Under the pieces are notes generated by a model, which was not told where the DNA came from, made no database searches, and was given only the letters and a program-made list of their open reading frames with translations. Positions 27,675-37,525 of a stretch of DNA of 64,000 nt are shown in pieces. This stretch comes from a virus. Taxonomy: Duplodnaviria; Caudoviricetes. Position numbers and translations under genes: made by a program. The stretch lies in IMG/VR virus record IMGVR_UViG_3300017987_005501, one strand, 5' to 3'. Each line of letters starts with the position of its first letter. Positions within the stretch are counted from its first letter, which is position 1.

Positions 27675-28721
27675 CTAGTCGTTTATACCAATAGCTAAAA
27701 ATCCTGTGCGGCCGAGGAATAACCCACTTGAGCCCAAATTCGTATTCGTTGTTTTAACTCCAATATTGGTATACTTCATTTGATTCCAAGAAACAATTGG
27801 GGATTTCTTCTCGCCTCCAAAGTTTGCGTCACTAGCAATAAACGAATGATCAGAATAACCACCCACCCCAACATAATGTCGCATTAAGTTTTCGTTTAAG
27901 ACGGACCAAATAACTAGTGGAGGATTATTAAATCCAGAAAATCCAGTTGGATACCCTAGAACATCCGAGTATCCAACGAATGTTGGGTCTATTGCCGTTA
28001 AATCTGTGGTATCAATCGTTATAATCCCAGTGCTAAAATCAACCTCTGTTGCCAACCCATCCCAATACCCCATTACCGCCTTTAAGGTTGGGTAAGGGGG
28101 AGTAGATCCGGAAGAATTAGTAGATCCAGTTCCCTCTTTATAGGCAGTGACATAATAATTAGCAATCCTATTTGTTGCAATCCTTGTCCCATTCACAACT
28201 TCAAAAGTTACGATTCTATTTTCATCAATATTACAAGTTAGCTCAAATGGTTGGTTAGCTTCCACATTTCCCAGCAAATAATGGCTTGGGGAAACGATAT
28301 AGTGCATATCATTAGAAGTAAACCCCGACGGAACTTGTAATTGCATTCCATCTGATATTGTCCCATGATAATGGAAAAAAGAAGGAATAGAGTGTGAATG
28401 ATAGTCATCCGCTTTAACGTTTGGGCCTCCCGTTAAAGCAGTTTTTTGCGCCTGATTTAGCATCGTTGCGGCGCTTATGGTCTGTCCGTTAACTCTTCCT
28501 TGGCTATCGACTTGAAACGCCCCACCCGCCGCCGTAATTTGGAGGTCGCCAGTATTTATGTTATTAACTTCCAGCGCAGGGCCGCCGGGGTGAATACGGC
28601 TAATTCTAACTAAACCGCCGGTCCCTGGGGAAGTTGCCCCAGTATCCGAAACGATACCACCTGTTTTTGGGAGGGCGTATTCTGCTATTTGATTTTCTTG
28701 AATTGGGTTTTGTCCAGCCAT
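27675..28721 (-). CDS. Putative short tail fibre protein
   Basis: YALPKTGG fibre motif, LTGGP..ADDYHSH HxH motif, HGTISDG.QLQVPSGF domain. Confidence 0.65.
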   Translation of the reverse strand: MAGQNPIQENQIAEYALPKTGGIVSDTGATSPGTGGLVRISRIHPGGPALEVNNINTGDLQITAAGGAFQVDSQGRVNGQTISAATMLNQAQKTALTGGPNVKADDYHSHSIPSFFHYHGTISDGMQLQVPSGFTSNDMHYIVSPSHYLLGNVEANQPFELTCNIDENRIVTFEVVNGTRIATNRIANYYVTAYKEGTGSTNSSGSTPPYPTLKAVMGYWDGLATEVDFSTGIITIDTTDLTAIDPTFVGYSDVLGYPTGFSGFNNPPLVIWSVLNENLMRHYVGVGGYSDHSFIASDANFGGEKKSPIVSWNQMKYTNIGVKTTNTNLGSSGLFLGRTGFLAIGIND

Positions 28722-28759
28722 ATTTATTTACTTTTTCATCTAAATCAATTTAATTTCAC

Positions 28760-28769
28760 TGAATTATTA
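28760..28769 (-). promoter_or_regulatory. Candidate phage promoter motif TAATAATTCA (copy 1)
   Basis: Identical 10-mer in/at three large intergenic gaps; 39 nt upstream of the ATG at 28721. Confidence 0.5.
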
Positions 28770-28785
28770 ATAGTTTATTCGTTTC

Positions 28786-31700
28786 CTACTCGAACTTCAC
28801 ATACTTGAATGATGGGGAGCTAAAGAAGAATGCTCCAGAAACAAAATCAGGTCCTGGGGACTGCACAACCCGCTGAATTCTTCCTGTTATAAGATTTTCG
28901 GAGGATGTTAATGCTGCCGCAGGAATTTCTAAGGCAGTGCTTAAATTAAAAGCATCGCTTCCATATGAATCTGTGGTTGGGTTAATTATAATAGAATCAA
29001 TTCCCGAATTTCCTCCAGTAAAAATATTATCTCCTGGATCTAAAACCTTATAAGCTAAATTAATAAGGCAAGTTCCCACGTTAGGAAGCACCGAATTCCA
29101 ATAAAATTCTAGATTTATGCTATTATCTAAACTAATATCCCCCGGAACCCTAAAGTTAAATGTTAATTCTGTCCCAGCATTTAAAACCCAGCCACTGATT
29201 CCGGAAATAAAGGACCCCGAAGGCTGTGAATAACTACTAGAAGGGTCGAAAGTTAAATCCAAATAAGACGTTCCATACCTCGCAGTTGGGTAAATTGCTG
29301 CGATTGGCTCCATCCTAAAAATTCTAACTCTACATTGGGACGCAGCAGTATCAAAAATTTCCCTTGTTAGTTGAAGAGAATTCCTGGTACTTTGGTGCCA
29401 ATAAATTCCCTTTTTCTCCAAGCTTCCACTGGGGCGATCCGACTCAGTTCCGTAGTATTGGTTATTAACGCTTCCGGTTGAATCCTTATAGGTTAAATCA
29501 ATTATATAAGAATCAGGGTCTTCCCCAATATTGTGAGCTAGCGTTAAAGTTTGTCCGTTGCTAATCGACGTATAACCTGAATCATATTTTAGCGTTAAGG
29601 CTTCCGTAGCATCCGGGGTTGCAACTCCTTTAGACGTGTCCCAAATTCGAATTCTAACTTGGTCGTAAAGAGTCGTCCCGTCGTCCGGCTTTGAAACTAG
29701 GGTTAATGCAGAGGATGTTAAATTAGTATAATGTGCGAAATATTCAATCCCCGCTTGTGGGGTATTTCCCCCAATTCCTCTATTGTGTGTTCCAAAAGTA
29801 CTTAAGGTGTCCCTTAATTGGACGTCAACTATATAATTATCAGGAATTGATCCCAAGGTATGGTCAGGATCTAAGGTTGAAAAATTAATTGATCCATTGG
29901 TCTTGTTAAACCAACCACTATCAAAATTAGGTTTTCCCATTCCCAATTGGCCGCCCGCAGGAGATAGGGATAACGTTTCATATGTATATAGCCTAACCCT
30001 AAAATAATTCCATCTAGTATTTACTGGTGCGGTATTATCCCCACTAGCACGCTCAACTGAAATTTCAGAGGAGGTTAAACCAAACCACCGCGAACCCCAG
30101 GTAACTCCATTACTTCTTTCGTTTAATCCTAAAGCATTATTATGTGGGTCAGATCCGGTAGCGGAGGACGACCCCTCTAACACAACAACACCCTTAGTTG
30201 TAATAGTAGACCCAAGATTGTGTGATAAAGTAAGTATTGCGCTTGGGTTTATTGGGACCCAACCACTATCGTATCCAAGGACTAACGATTCCCGAGAAGC
30301 CGTGCTTACGGGCCCACGGGAATAGTCCCATACCCGAACTCTTATATAAGGATTATCTGTATCATTTGCTCCACGGGCAACGTAAAGGCTTGACGCAGTC
30401 ACAGTATGGTAAGCATAGCCATAAACACTTGCGCCCACTTGTTCTAAACCAATTTGTTTATTTGTTACTGTTGTTCCCGCGCTATCATTTGCTCCCTCTA
30501 TAACAATTATCCATTGTTGGGGATCTAGCCCTAGCTCATTTGCGGGGTCTAGGGCTGCAAAAACAAATTCTGTATTTCCAGTTGAGGTTGGGATCCAACC
30601 ACTATCAAACTGTGGCGGAGACTGGAAATTAACATTATCAGAGATTAAGCCGTCATGCGTATGATAGGAATCAGCAATACTTGCAGGGCCACCTTCTAAT
30701 GTGGCTCGAGCTGTAGGATCCAAAATACCATCTGGGTCTTTCCCATTAATTGTTGTAACGGTTGCATTTCCTACCCGGTCAATATTCCAATTATTATTTG
30801 ACCCCTCAATGTCCGGAACACCAACATTAGTGTTAAATAGTTTTATTCCTTGATTTTCCTTAGGCTGTAGGGTTGCTCCATTATTCGTCCAATTAGAAGA
30901 TGACTCAAGCTCGCTCGTTAAAGACCCTGCCGGTATTACGAACTCAACAATGTCGCCCGAGCTTAAGGCTGGACTGAAAGTTACTTGTGTTGGGCCCGCC
31001 TCTTCGTAATAGACTGTAAGAGTTTGAGTTTGTGGGTCTCCTCCAGGTGGATCTTTTCTTGTATACTTTGCTCCGTTTACGAAAACTAATAATTGTTGTT
31101 CGTAATCGTTCCCAGCTTGTCCCACGATATAACTAAAAGGTAATGTAAATGTTACTTGTGCGGGCGCTGAAATTTGAACATCCCGTTGCGGTGGGTTAAT
31201 TCCAGGAGCATATAAGCTTTGTGCGCCAGCGACAACCTGAAACTCAATATTATCCCCCTCTGGGAAATAGGTTGTTGTAGAGCCCCAAAGGAAAGTTACT
31301 TTGTTAGAACGATAAATCCCAACTGTTTCCCCCGCTGGAACAAACTCTTCATAATTAACATTATTTAATAATTTAACGCCGTTTCTATAAACTAGTAACT
31401 CGTATCCACCTGTTAAATATTCAAAAGGTAATGTAGCTGTTTTTCCAGAAACTTGATTAAGGGGAATTCCAGGGAGTCCTTGCGTTATTCCCCCAGAAAC
31501 AAAACCAACATTGTTTATATCCCCGCCACTAGCAATCGTCCAGACATACCTTTCGGGAGAAACAACTTGGGCAGTCATTAAATTATTTATAGGACGAACT
31601 CTAGTAATCGGGGTTATTCTAACTTCATCGTCTGAAGATAATAATCCAAGATTTCCAGAAATAATTAATCTGTTATTTGCTGCGTCAGTATCCGTAATAG

Positions 31701-33561
31701 TATATGTTTTTCCGTTTAAGACGCCGGTAACAATGAATAGTTTATAACCATTAAATTGGTCATCTGTAGAAATCACAGATCCTTGCAAATTCACATAAGA
31801 TAAACTACTAACAATTTGAACAGACTCAACTGAAGCATCCGTTTCCGTTAATGCGGTCATTGTGTCCCGCAAATAAATTTCTGCTAAGGGAAACTTCCCG
31901 ATATGGGAAGGGGTAACTGGCTGAGCAGAATGGGAAACTTCAATTCCAGAAGAATATTCTAAGATACCACTCTCGCCAAGGGAGATTAGGTCTACCCGAT
32001 GCTTTCCTGTCGCCGGGACGGCAAATTCGTTCGTAACTCCACCTTGCCAAAATCCAGCAAATTCCCCAAAGTTGTATGTCCCCGGTTGGGCATATAACCT
32101 TAGGCTTGGGTTTGGGTAAGAAGAGTCCTGTCCCGTTGTTGGCTCAACCCTTAAATCCCTAATTCCGTCGATTGTTACGGCATTTTCTTTAATATGCCCA
32201 TAGGGGGTTAAAGACTCGTCAAGCCTATCCCCCAAGGAATCCCTATTTCCTCGGGCATCTACAATTTCAGGACTTGCGCCCATGTTTAGGAAAGGTCTGA
32301 TATCTTCAACATCATCTTTTGTTATTGCTTTTACCGACCCGGGGATACTTCTTCCATCATCCTGAACTATTAAAATTGCAATGGGCAACTCGTCGTCCGG
32401 GGCCTCTGGGTTCGCTGTGGAAGCATCTGGGCGAGTTGCAATTTCTATACCTTGGGTTACGGTAATTAAATCAGCAGCTGGGGTTGTTCCTGTATCATCC
32501 TTCATTAAAGAGATCAGGACTTTTTGGTAATACCCAGCATTTGTGATGGCATTTAATTGGTGATTGCCCCCAAACCCTAAATCTATTATAGTTGTTGGAA
32601 ATCTTAAGATATCAGTCCCATCAACATAAACTAAACCTTGATTTATAGTAACAGTTGTTCCTAAGGGGTTAACATCCAAGTTTGTTATTGGAAATTCTAT
32701 AGGAAGACCCGCAATTGGAACAAATCTTCTCTTATCATCTACTGTCCACAAGCCTGTAGTCGGGTCGATATAAGTCTCTGCGACCTTAACATGGAAATCT
32801 GTGGGCCAAAGTTCATTATATGTTAAATTCCCAGAAGAATCTACATACCATTTTCTTGGAATATTGGGAGAAGCAAGCGTTGCAGATCCCGCTTGAATCG
32901 TAAATTTATGATCTCCAACGTAGCCCCACCCAGAATCCCAAACGACCTGGTTTGTTCCCACAGTGGCAATAGCCAAACCATCCCCAACATAATTTCTGGC
33001 TGAGAAAATTCTCAAATCCTCAATTTGGTCTGCGGAGATAGATTCGTTCAAGGCTTGCCTATTTAGCCTTGCAATAGGGACAATGAATTCGGTTTCAAAA
33101 TCTACTGTCGGGATAGAGGTTCCTTCAGCAATTCTTAATTCAATATAGATCTGCCTGCGGGTAGCTGTTTCTGTTCCAATGTCTGGGTCTATAATATTAG
33201 GATCCTCTGTCGAATCAACGGGCTCGAACTTATAATAAATATAAACTAGGTCGACTCTAGATCCACCTAAAGGCGTTGTTAAATTAGAAAGGACTCTATA
33301 GGTAGGAAGCCTTAAAAAATTTCCTGAATTATAATAAATACCAGACCTAATTCCAACCTCATTAGGCTCCCCAGTAGAAAAAACTTGATAGCTATCCCCA
33401 AAAGGCCCATCCCCAACCCCAACTTCAGAGAGGAGATTCGACATTTCTGCTTGGATATCTTGTAATTCATTTAACTCAGAATCTAAGATTGATCGTTTTT
33501 CGTTAAATACTACACGATCATAGTTCTTATCTGGATCAAATGTATTGCGTGAAACAGTCAT
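28786..33561 (-). CDS. Large tail fibre/baseplate protein with DUF4815/DUF6519-like N-terminus and four tandem DSG(W/Y) domains
   Basis: MTVSRNTFDPDKNYDRVVF...LDSELNELQ. Two LLV(Y/F)xNG modules, an HxH motif, and four ~113-aa repeats. Confidence 0.75.
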   Translation of the reverse strand: MTVSRNTFDPDKNYDRVVFNEKRSILDSELNELQDIQAEMSNLLSEVGVGDGPFGDSYQVFSTGEPNEVGIRSGIYYNSGNFLRLPTYRVLSNLTTPLGGSRVDLVYIYYKFEPVDSTEDPNIIDPDIGTETATRRQIYIELRIAEGTSIPTVDFETEFIVPIARLNRQALNESISADQIEDLRIFSARNYVGDGLAIATVGTNQVVWDSGWGYVGDHKFTIQAGSATLASPNIPRKWYVDSSGNLTYNELWPTDFHVKVAETYIDPTTGLWTVDDKRRFVPIAGLPIEFPITNLDVNPLGTTVTINQGLVYVDGTDILRFPTTIIDLGFGGNHQLNAITNAGYYQKVLISLMKDDTGTTPAADLITVTQGIEIATRPDASTANPEAPDDELPIAILIVQDDGRSIPGSVKAITKDDVEDIRPFLNMGASPEIVDARGNRDSLGDRLDESLTPYGHIKENAVTIDGIRDLRVEPTTGQDSSYPNPSLRLYAQPGTYNFGEFAGFWQGGVTNEFAVPATGKHRVDLISLGESGILEYSSGIEVSHSAQPVTPSHIGKFPLAEIYLRDTMTALTETDASVESVQIVSSLSYVNLQGSVISTDDQFNGYKLFIVTGVLNGKTYTITDTDAANNRLIISGNLGLLSSDDEVRITPITRVRPINNLMTAQVVSPERYVWTIASGGDINNVGFVSGGITQGLPGIPLNQVSGKTATLPFEYLTGGYELLVYRNGVKLLNNVNYEEFVPAGETVGIYRSNKVTFLWGSTTTYFPEGDNIEFQVVAGAQSLYAPGINPPQRDVQISAPAQVTFTLPFSYIVGQAGNDYEQQLLVFVNGAKYTRKDPPGGDPQTQTLTVYYEEAGPTQVTFSPALSSGDIVEFVIPAGSLTSELESSSNWTNNGATLQPKENQGIKLFNTNVGVPDIEGSNNNWNIDRVGNATVTTINGKDPDGILDPTARATLEGGPASIADSYHTHDGLISDNVNFQSPPQFDSGWIPTSTGNTEFVFAALDPANELGLDPQQWIIVIEGANDSAGTTVTNKQIGLEQVGASVYGYAYHTVTASSLYVARGANDTDNPYIRVRVWDYSRGPVSTASRESLVLGYDSGWVPINPSAILTLSHNLGSTITTKGVVVLEGSSSATGSDPHNNALGLNERSNGVTWGSRWFGLTSSEISVERASGDNTAPVNTRWNYFRVRLYTYETLSLSPAGGQLGMGKPNFDSGWFNKTNGSINFSTLDPDHTLGSIPDNYIVDVQLRDTLSTFGTHNRGIGGNTPQAGIEYFAHYTNLTSSALTLVSKPDDGTTLYDQVRIRIWDTSKGVATPDATEALTLKYDSGYTSISNGQTLTLAHNIGEDPDSYIIDLTYKDSTGSVNNQYYGTESDRPSGSLEKKGIYWHQSTRNSLQLTREIFDTAASQCRVRIFRMEPIAAIYPTARYGTSYLDLTFDPSSSYSQPSGSFISGISGWVLNAGTELTFNFRVPGDISLDNSINLEFYWNSVLPNVGTCLINLAYKVLDPGDNIFTGGNSGIDSIIINPTTDSYGSDAFNLSTALEIPAAALTSSENLITGRIQRVVQSPGPDFVSGAFFFSSPSFKYVKFE

Positions 33562-33585
33562 TTTTTAGTTTATCCTCATCTAAAT

Positions 33586-36500
33586 TTAGAAGTTCTGCCT
33601 TTGCGCAATTCCACCCGAAGGAACTTCGTAATCCGTTCCGCCCGAGAAACCGTCACCATATTTCTTTGTTGGTTTCACAGTAGGTCTTCCAATACACCTA
33701 TAAACGTCATATGCAATATGAAGATTTCCAAGAGAATCCGGAAGGGAATAATTAGAATCCATAATGGTTGTAGACCCTTCATTAATTGTCACGCTACCTT
33801 TTGGAAGGAGGAAAAGCAAATCATCCGTAGTGAGTAAACCACCCACGGGATCAATAAACCTAATAATGCTTCCACCTAATTCAATATATGACTTTCCTAG
33901 TATTTGTAAGACACCATTTCTGTAAACTTGTAATTGCCCTCCAGGGGTGAAATCAAAAGAAACGGTAAAGTCTGTTTGGCCATCAAATGTTGGGTTTTGG
34001 AAATCTGATTGGCTATCAACTACTGTTGTTGTTTGGCTACTAATCCCTAGATTCTTTCCTAAACTAGAAACAACAAACATTAATAGTTCGCCCGTAGTGG
34101 GATGCTCAACTAGGCCATACCAGCAGCCTTGGATATTGATAAGCTCGTTAAGAAGAGGAACGGTAACCACTTCCATTGCATTGTCTTCTGAAATAGTTCC
34201 GTTTTTATCCGCCATTACCCAGAAATAAAAGTCAATACCTCTTTTTGGTTCTTCTGGCAGTGGGGTACTTGGGCTTGTAATGAAGTCTCTAATATCCTGA
34301 ACAAAAATACGTTGTCCAGTATAAGGAAGAACCCCTGTTCCTCTTGATGGGTCGTTGTTTTGCTCCGAGAACCTATAATAGGTAGAAGGAAGACCCCCGA
34401 AAGGAGTTAGCTCTACAGTTGAAGTAAGATCTGAATCATCCCCATCTGAAGGCATTGGGAGCCTGCTTGAAACGTTAACCAATAGGTTACTTCTTAAGGA
34501 AGGCTCGTCCCCTCCGGTTCCTAGATTGTGGATTACACCAGATTTTCCTAAAGACCTGATAATTGCCTTATTAATATTTTGGTTATTACCTTGATAAGGC
34601 TCGTGGTCATAGTAGAAGTTAATTTTATCTGATGTTGTTGGGGTATACGAGTGGTTAACCACTAAGTCAATACTAGAAACAGTTGCAGGGGGTATTACGG
34701 TTGTGTATGTAACAGTAATTGCGTTTGTCCCGAATCCAGTAATTGCTGAAATTTCATATGTAGATCCCGGGGATGTTGTGGTTTGGGGAGCCCCGGCGTA
34801 AACCCCTCCAGCTAATGCTTGATAGCTGATATAATCAGTATTAAGCCCCGTCCCATCTGGGTCAAAAGCAAAAACATCATAAATTAACTCATTAGTTGGC
34901 GCCGTAAAGATTACCTGGTTAGTTCCGTCAGGGGTTCCAGTTAGTAAGGCAGTTTTTGCGAAGTCAGTAGCACCTTTAGTGACCTTCTCATAAATGCAAT
35001 GATAATTTTCTAGGGCAAGGCTATACCGAACAACATCTGCGGTAGAAAATACCTGAGTAAACGTGATAATGAAATTCCCGTCAACGCCTCTTTCAACCGA
35101 CTCTGTCGGAATTGTAATAAAGCCACTTGGTGTTAACTTCTCAAATTTAATAAAACCTAAAGCAGTTTGCCCGACGGGTGGGACTAATTGAACTGCGTTT
35201 CCATCGGCATTAAATACGCCGGAGGGGAAATCTGTTTTAGTATTATAGGAAGCAGTTCCATTTCCTTGGAAATGCCCGATATAAAGTCTTGTATATCCCG
35301 TTTTTGTAGTAGTAAAATCTTCGTAATTATAATCCACTACGCTATCCGCGTATCCCCCAATAACTGGAAGACTTTGAAGATTAGGTCTTTCAAATTTGGG
35401 GACAATTCTTGAAGAATCATTTGTTTCAACAAAACCCATATACTTAGATTCGTCTGCCTTTTCAATTAAATACATTGCTTCTGGAACGTATCTAAAGCCT
35501 CCACCCCGAGCAACGTCAATTGAATAAAGGATATCAATAATCCCAGCAGTACCGGAAGCAACAAATGTTGGGTCTGTTGCATCTAAGAAAGCATAGGAAG
35601 TTGTATCCCCTAGACCAAACCAATTATCTGTAGCACCCGTTAAACCAGTAACTAAATTAACCGGGAGTCCGCTTTCTCTCCAGGTTAGGGTAGGAACTGC
35701 GTTAGCGATTACTGACCCTTCCGGGGATAACAGGGGGTTAAGATTAATAGTGACCTGTGGGCCAGTTACAACGTTTGCGTTATATTGAATAGTAACTGAA
35801 GATAAATAACCAGAACCGGATGAAGGGCAAGCCGAGTCGTCTGTAATTCCACCATGTGCCGTTGCGTCAGACATATCCAGGCATGCAGTTCTATTTTCAA
35901 TTTTTCCCTTATCTGAAAAGAATCTTCTACTATTATCTGCCGAAGCAAAATGATAAATTCCAGGTTGTGTCACGGAGGGACCTGAAATTCCATCTGCTTC
36001 CATTAGGGTATTTCCATAAACAATTCCAGTCATATCCGTACTAAATTGTTCCTGGTGTTTTCCATATACTAATGAGTTGAAATTCTCTTCCAGAATGCTA
36101 TGATAGTCCGTATTTGCAACTTGTTTACGGACATCCATCAGATCCCTCTTAGAAACTTCATCATAATAAAGACCGTCTGGGCGATCCGAAATTGTGTTGG
36201 GGTAAAGAGAGACAGAAACTGAACTTCCGTTTGGGTTAGTTGCAATATCCCAGGCCGAGCTATTTCTTCTAGAAACGGCGATTAGTGGAATTGAGTAAAT
36301 ATAACCATCAGCAGTTCCTAAAGTTTCAGCAGCCGTATCTGATCCGTCTCCAGCAACCCAAAGACCAGGGTCTTTCCAAGAGGTATCCCCAGCCCAAAGG
36401 TAACCATAAGATGTATCTGTTGAATTTGGTCCTTGTGCCCTAATAGATGGGTCTTCTAACCCATTAGGGTACGTATTGAAATCAATGGTTTCAACAATTC

Positions 36501-37098
36501 TAATTTTATATTGTAATTGAATCCTACGGGTAGTTTCAATATTTCCTTGGGGGTCAATAATCTGATCAGGGAGATTAGTTCCAGAGTATTGGGTATTCCC
36601 GTAACGCCAAACGGTTGTTTGAGAAGGCTTATTAGTGTCGTCATTTGGAGCAATATTTGCCAACCAAACCTCTAGGAATAAGAAATTAACCTTGCTGAGA
36701 GAAGTTGGAGATGGCGGCAGTTCGATTGCGAGCCAATCCGTATCTGGATATTGCCCACCATTTACGGCAGACCCTTTTACGGGAACAGTCCAACCGTTAA
36801 CTAGAGCCACAAAATTTTGAAGCAACAGTTCGTTAGGCTCTAGCCCAGTGTATGTTGAGTCTAAAGTTGGAACGAAGATTTGCTCATAACCAGCTTCTCT
36901 AAAATCAAGAATACCACTAGGGTATTTTGATCTTAGGTATTGGGCATAGGCTTCGTTTTGGGTTTGCCAAATAAAGTTTAACTCCGAATCTAAAACGGGA
37001 GTCCCACATTCAAATGTTACCCCCCAATAGTTTCTATCTTTGGCATCTAAAACTCTTGTGATATTAGGTCCAAATCTTGTTTCGTTTGGCGTCGACAT
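33586..37098 (-). CDS. Large tail fibre/baseplate protein, N-terminal paralog of 28786-33561
   Basis: RVLD..DRNY.GVTF..GTPVLDSELN; IIDPQGNIETTRRIQ; C-terminal LQVYRNGVLQ module. Confidence 0.72.
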   Translation of the reverse strand: MSTPNETRFGPNITRVLDAKDRNYWGVTFECGTPVLDSELNFIWQTQNEAYAQYLRSKYPSGILDFREAGYEQIFVPTLDSTYTGLEPNELLLQNFVALVNGWTVPVKGSAVNGGQYPDTDWLAIELPPSPTSLSKVNFLFLEVWLANIAPNDDTNKPSQTTVWRYGNTQYSGTNLPDQIIDPQGNIETTRRIQLQYKIRIVETIDFNTYPNGLEDPSIRAQGPNSTDTSYGYLWAGDTSWKDPGLWVAGDGSDTAAETLGTADGYIYSIPLIAVSRRNSSAWDIATNPNGSSVSVSLYPNTISDRPDGLYYDEVSKRDLMDVRKQVANTDYHSILEENFNSLVYGKHQEQFSTDMTGIVYGNTLMEADGISGPSVTQPGIYHFASADNSRRFFSDKGKIENRTACLDMSDATAHGGITDDSACPSSGSGYLSSVTIQYNANVVTGPQVTINLNPLLSPEGSVIANAVPTLTWRESGLPVNLVTGLTGATDNWFGLGDTTSYAFLDATDPTFVASGTAGIIDILYSIDVARGGGFRYVPEAMYLIEKADESKYMGFVETNDSSRIVPKFERPNLQSLPVIGGYADSVVDYNYEDFTTTKTGYTRLYIGHFQGNGTASYNTKTDFPSGVFNADGNAVQLVPPVGQTALGFIKFEKLTPSGFITIPTESVERGVDGNFIITFTQVFSTADVVRYSLALENYHCIYEKVTKGATDFAKTALLTGTPDGTNQVIFTAPTNELIYDVFAFDPDGTGLNTDYISYQALAGGVYAGAPQTTTSPGSTYEISAITGFGTNAITVTYTTVIPPATVSSIDLVVNHSYTPTTSDKINFYYDHEPYQGNNQNINKAIIRSLGKSGVIHNLGTGGDEPSLRSNLLVNVSSRLPMPSDGDDSDLTSTVELTPFGGLPSTYYRFSEQNNDPSRGTGVLPYTGQRIFVQDIRDFITSPSTPLPEEPKRGIDFYFWVMADKNGTISEDNAMEVVTVPLLNELINIQGCWYGLVEHPTTGELLMFVVSSLGKNLGISSQTTTVVDSQSDFQNPTFDGQTDFTVSFDFTPGGQLQVYRNGVLQILGKSYIELGGSIIRFIDPVGGLLTTDDLLFLLPKGSVTINEGSTTIMDSNYSLPDSLGNLHIAYDVYRCIGRPTVKPTKKYGDGFSGGTDYEVPSGGIAQRQNF

Positions 37099-37108
37099 CT
37101 ACATCTCC

Positions 37109-37525
37109 TTATGATTTCTTGATCTGCTCTGCTATATTTTTTAATTGTCGTGCAACTTTTTCAACATTGGGGTCCACAAAAAATCTGATTTCTTCCCCCT
37201 CCTCTTGTTGCAATGCATTTCTACCAATAAGAAGAGGTGTATCCAAGTTAGAGCGATCTGCCAATGTTGCGTAAGTTTTTATGCTTATGTCTTCTCTATC
37301 TTTTAATATGATTTCAATCTCTATGATTGGGCGGTCATCAGAACCATTAGCATTAATGATTTCTGCCTCGCCCACAATATTTCCATCCAATTTTAATTTT
37401 TTAGCTAATGCTTCATCGATACTGCAATTATCCGCTCCGGTATCAAACTTAGCAATTGCAATATGATTCTTGCCACCAGAATCTTTTAATAAAATTTCTT
37501 GTTTATAGTTAACAAAAACATCCAT
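37109..37525 (-). CDS. Retropepsin-like aspartic protease (RimK-associated 'ATP-dependent Zn protease' PF05618-like)
   Basis: AKFDTGADNCSID (DTG at 37436-37444), ATLADRS, PLLIGRNAL. Start at 37525 (TAATG overlap, GGAG) preferred over 37543. Confidence 0.85.
   Translation of the reverse strand: MDVFVNYKQEILLKDSGGKNHIAIAKFDTGADNCSIDEALAKKLKLDGNIVGEAEIINANGSDDRPIIEIEIILKDREDISIKTYATLADRSNLDTPLLIGRNALQQEEGEEIRFFVDPNVEKVARQLKNIAEQIKKS

Noticed and set aside
29911-30609. Triple CCAACCACTATC repeat as a possible CRISPR or DGR repeat
   Set aside because: Only 12 bp, spaced ~340 nt, in frame, and explained by the conserved DSGW codons of a protein repeat.
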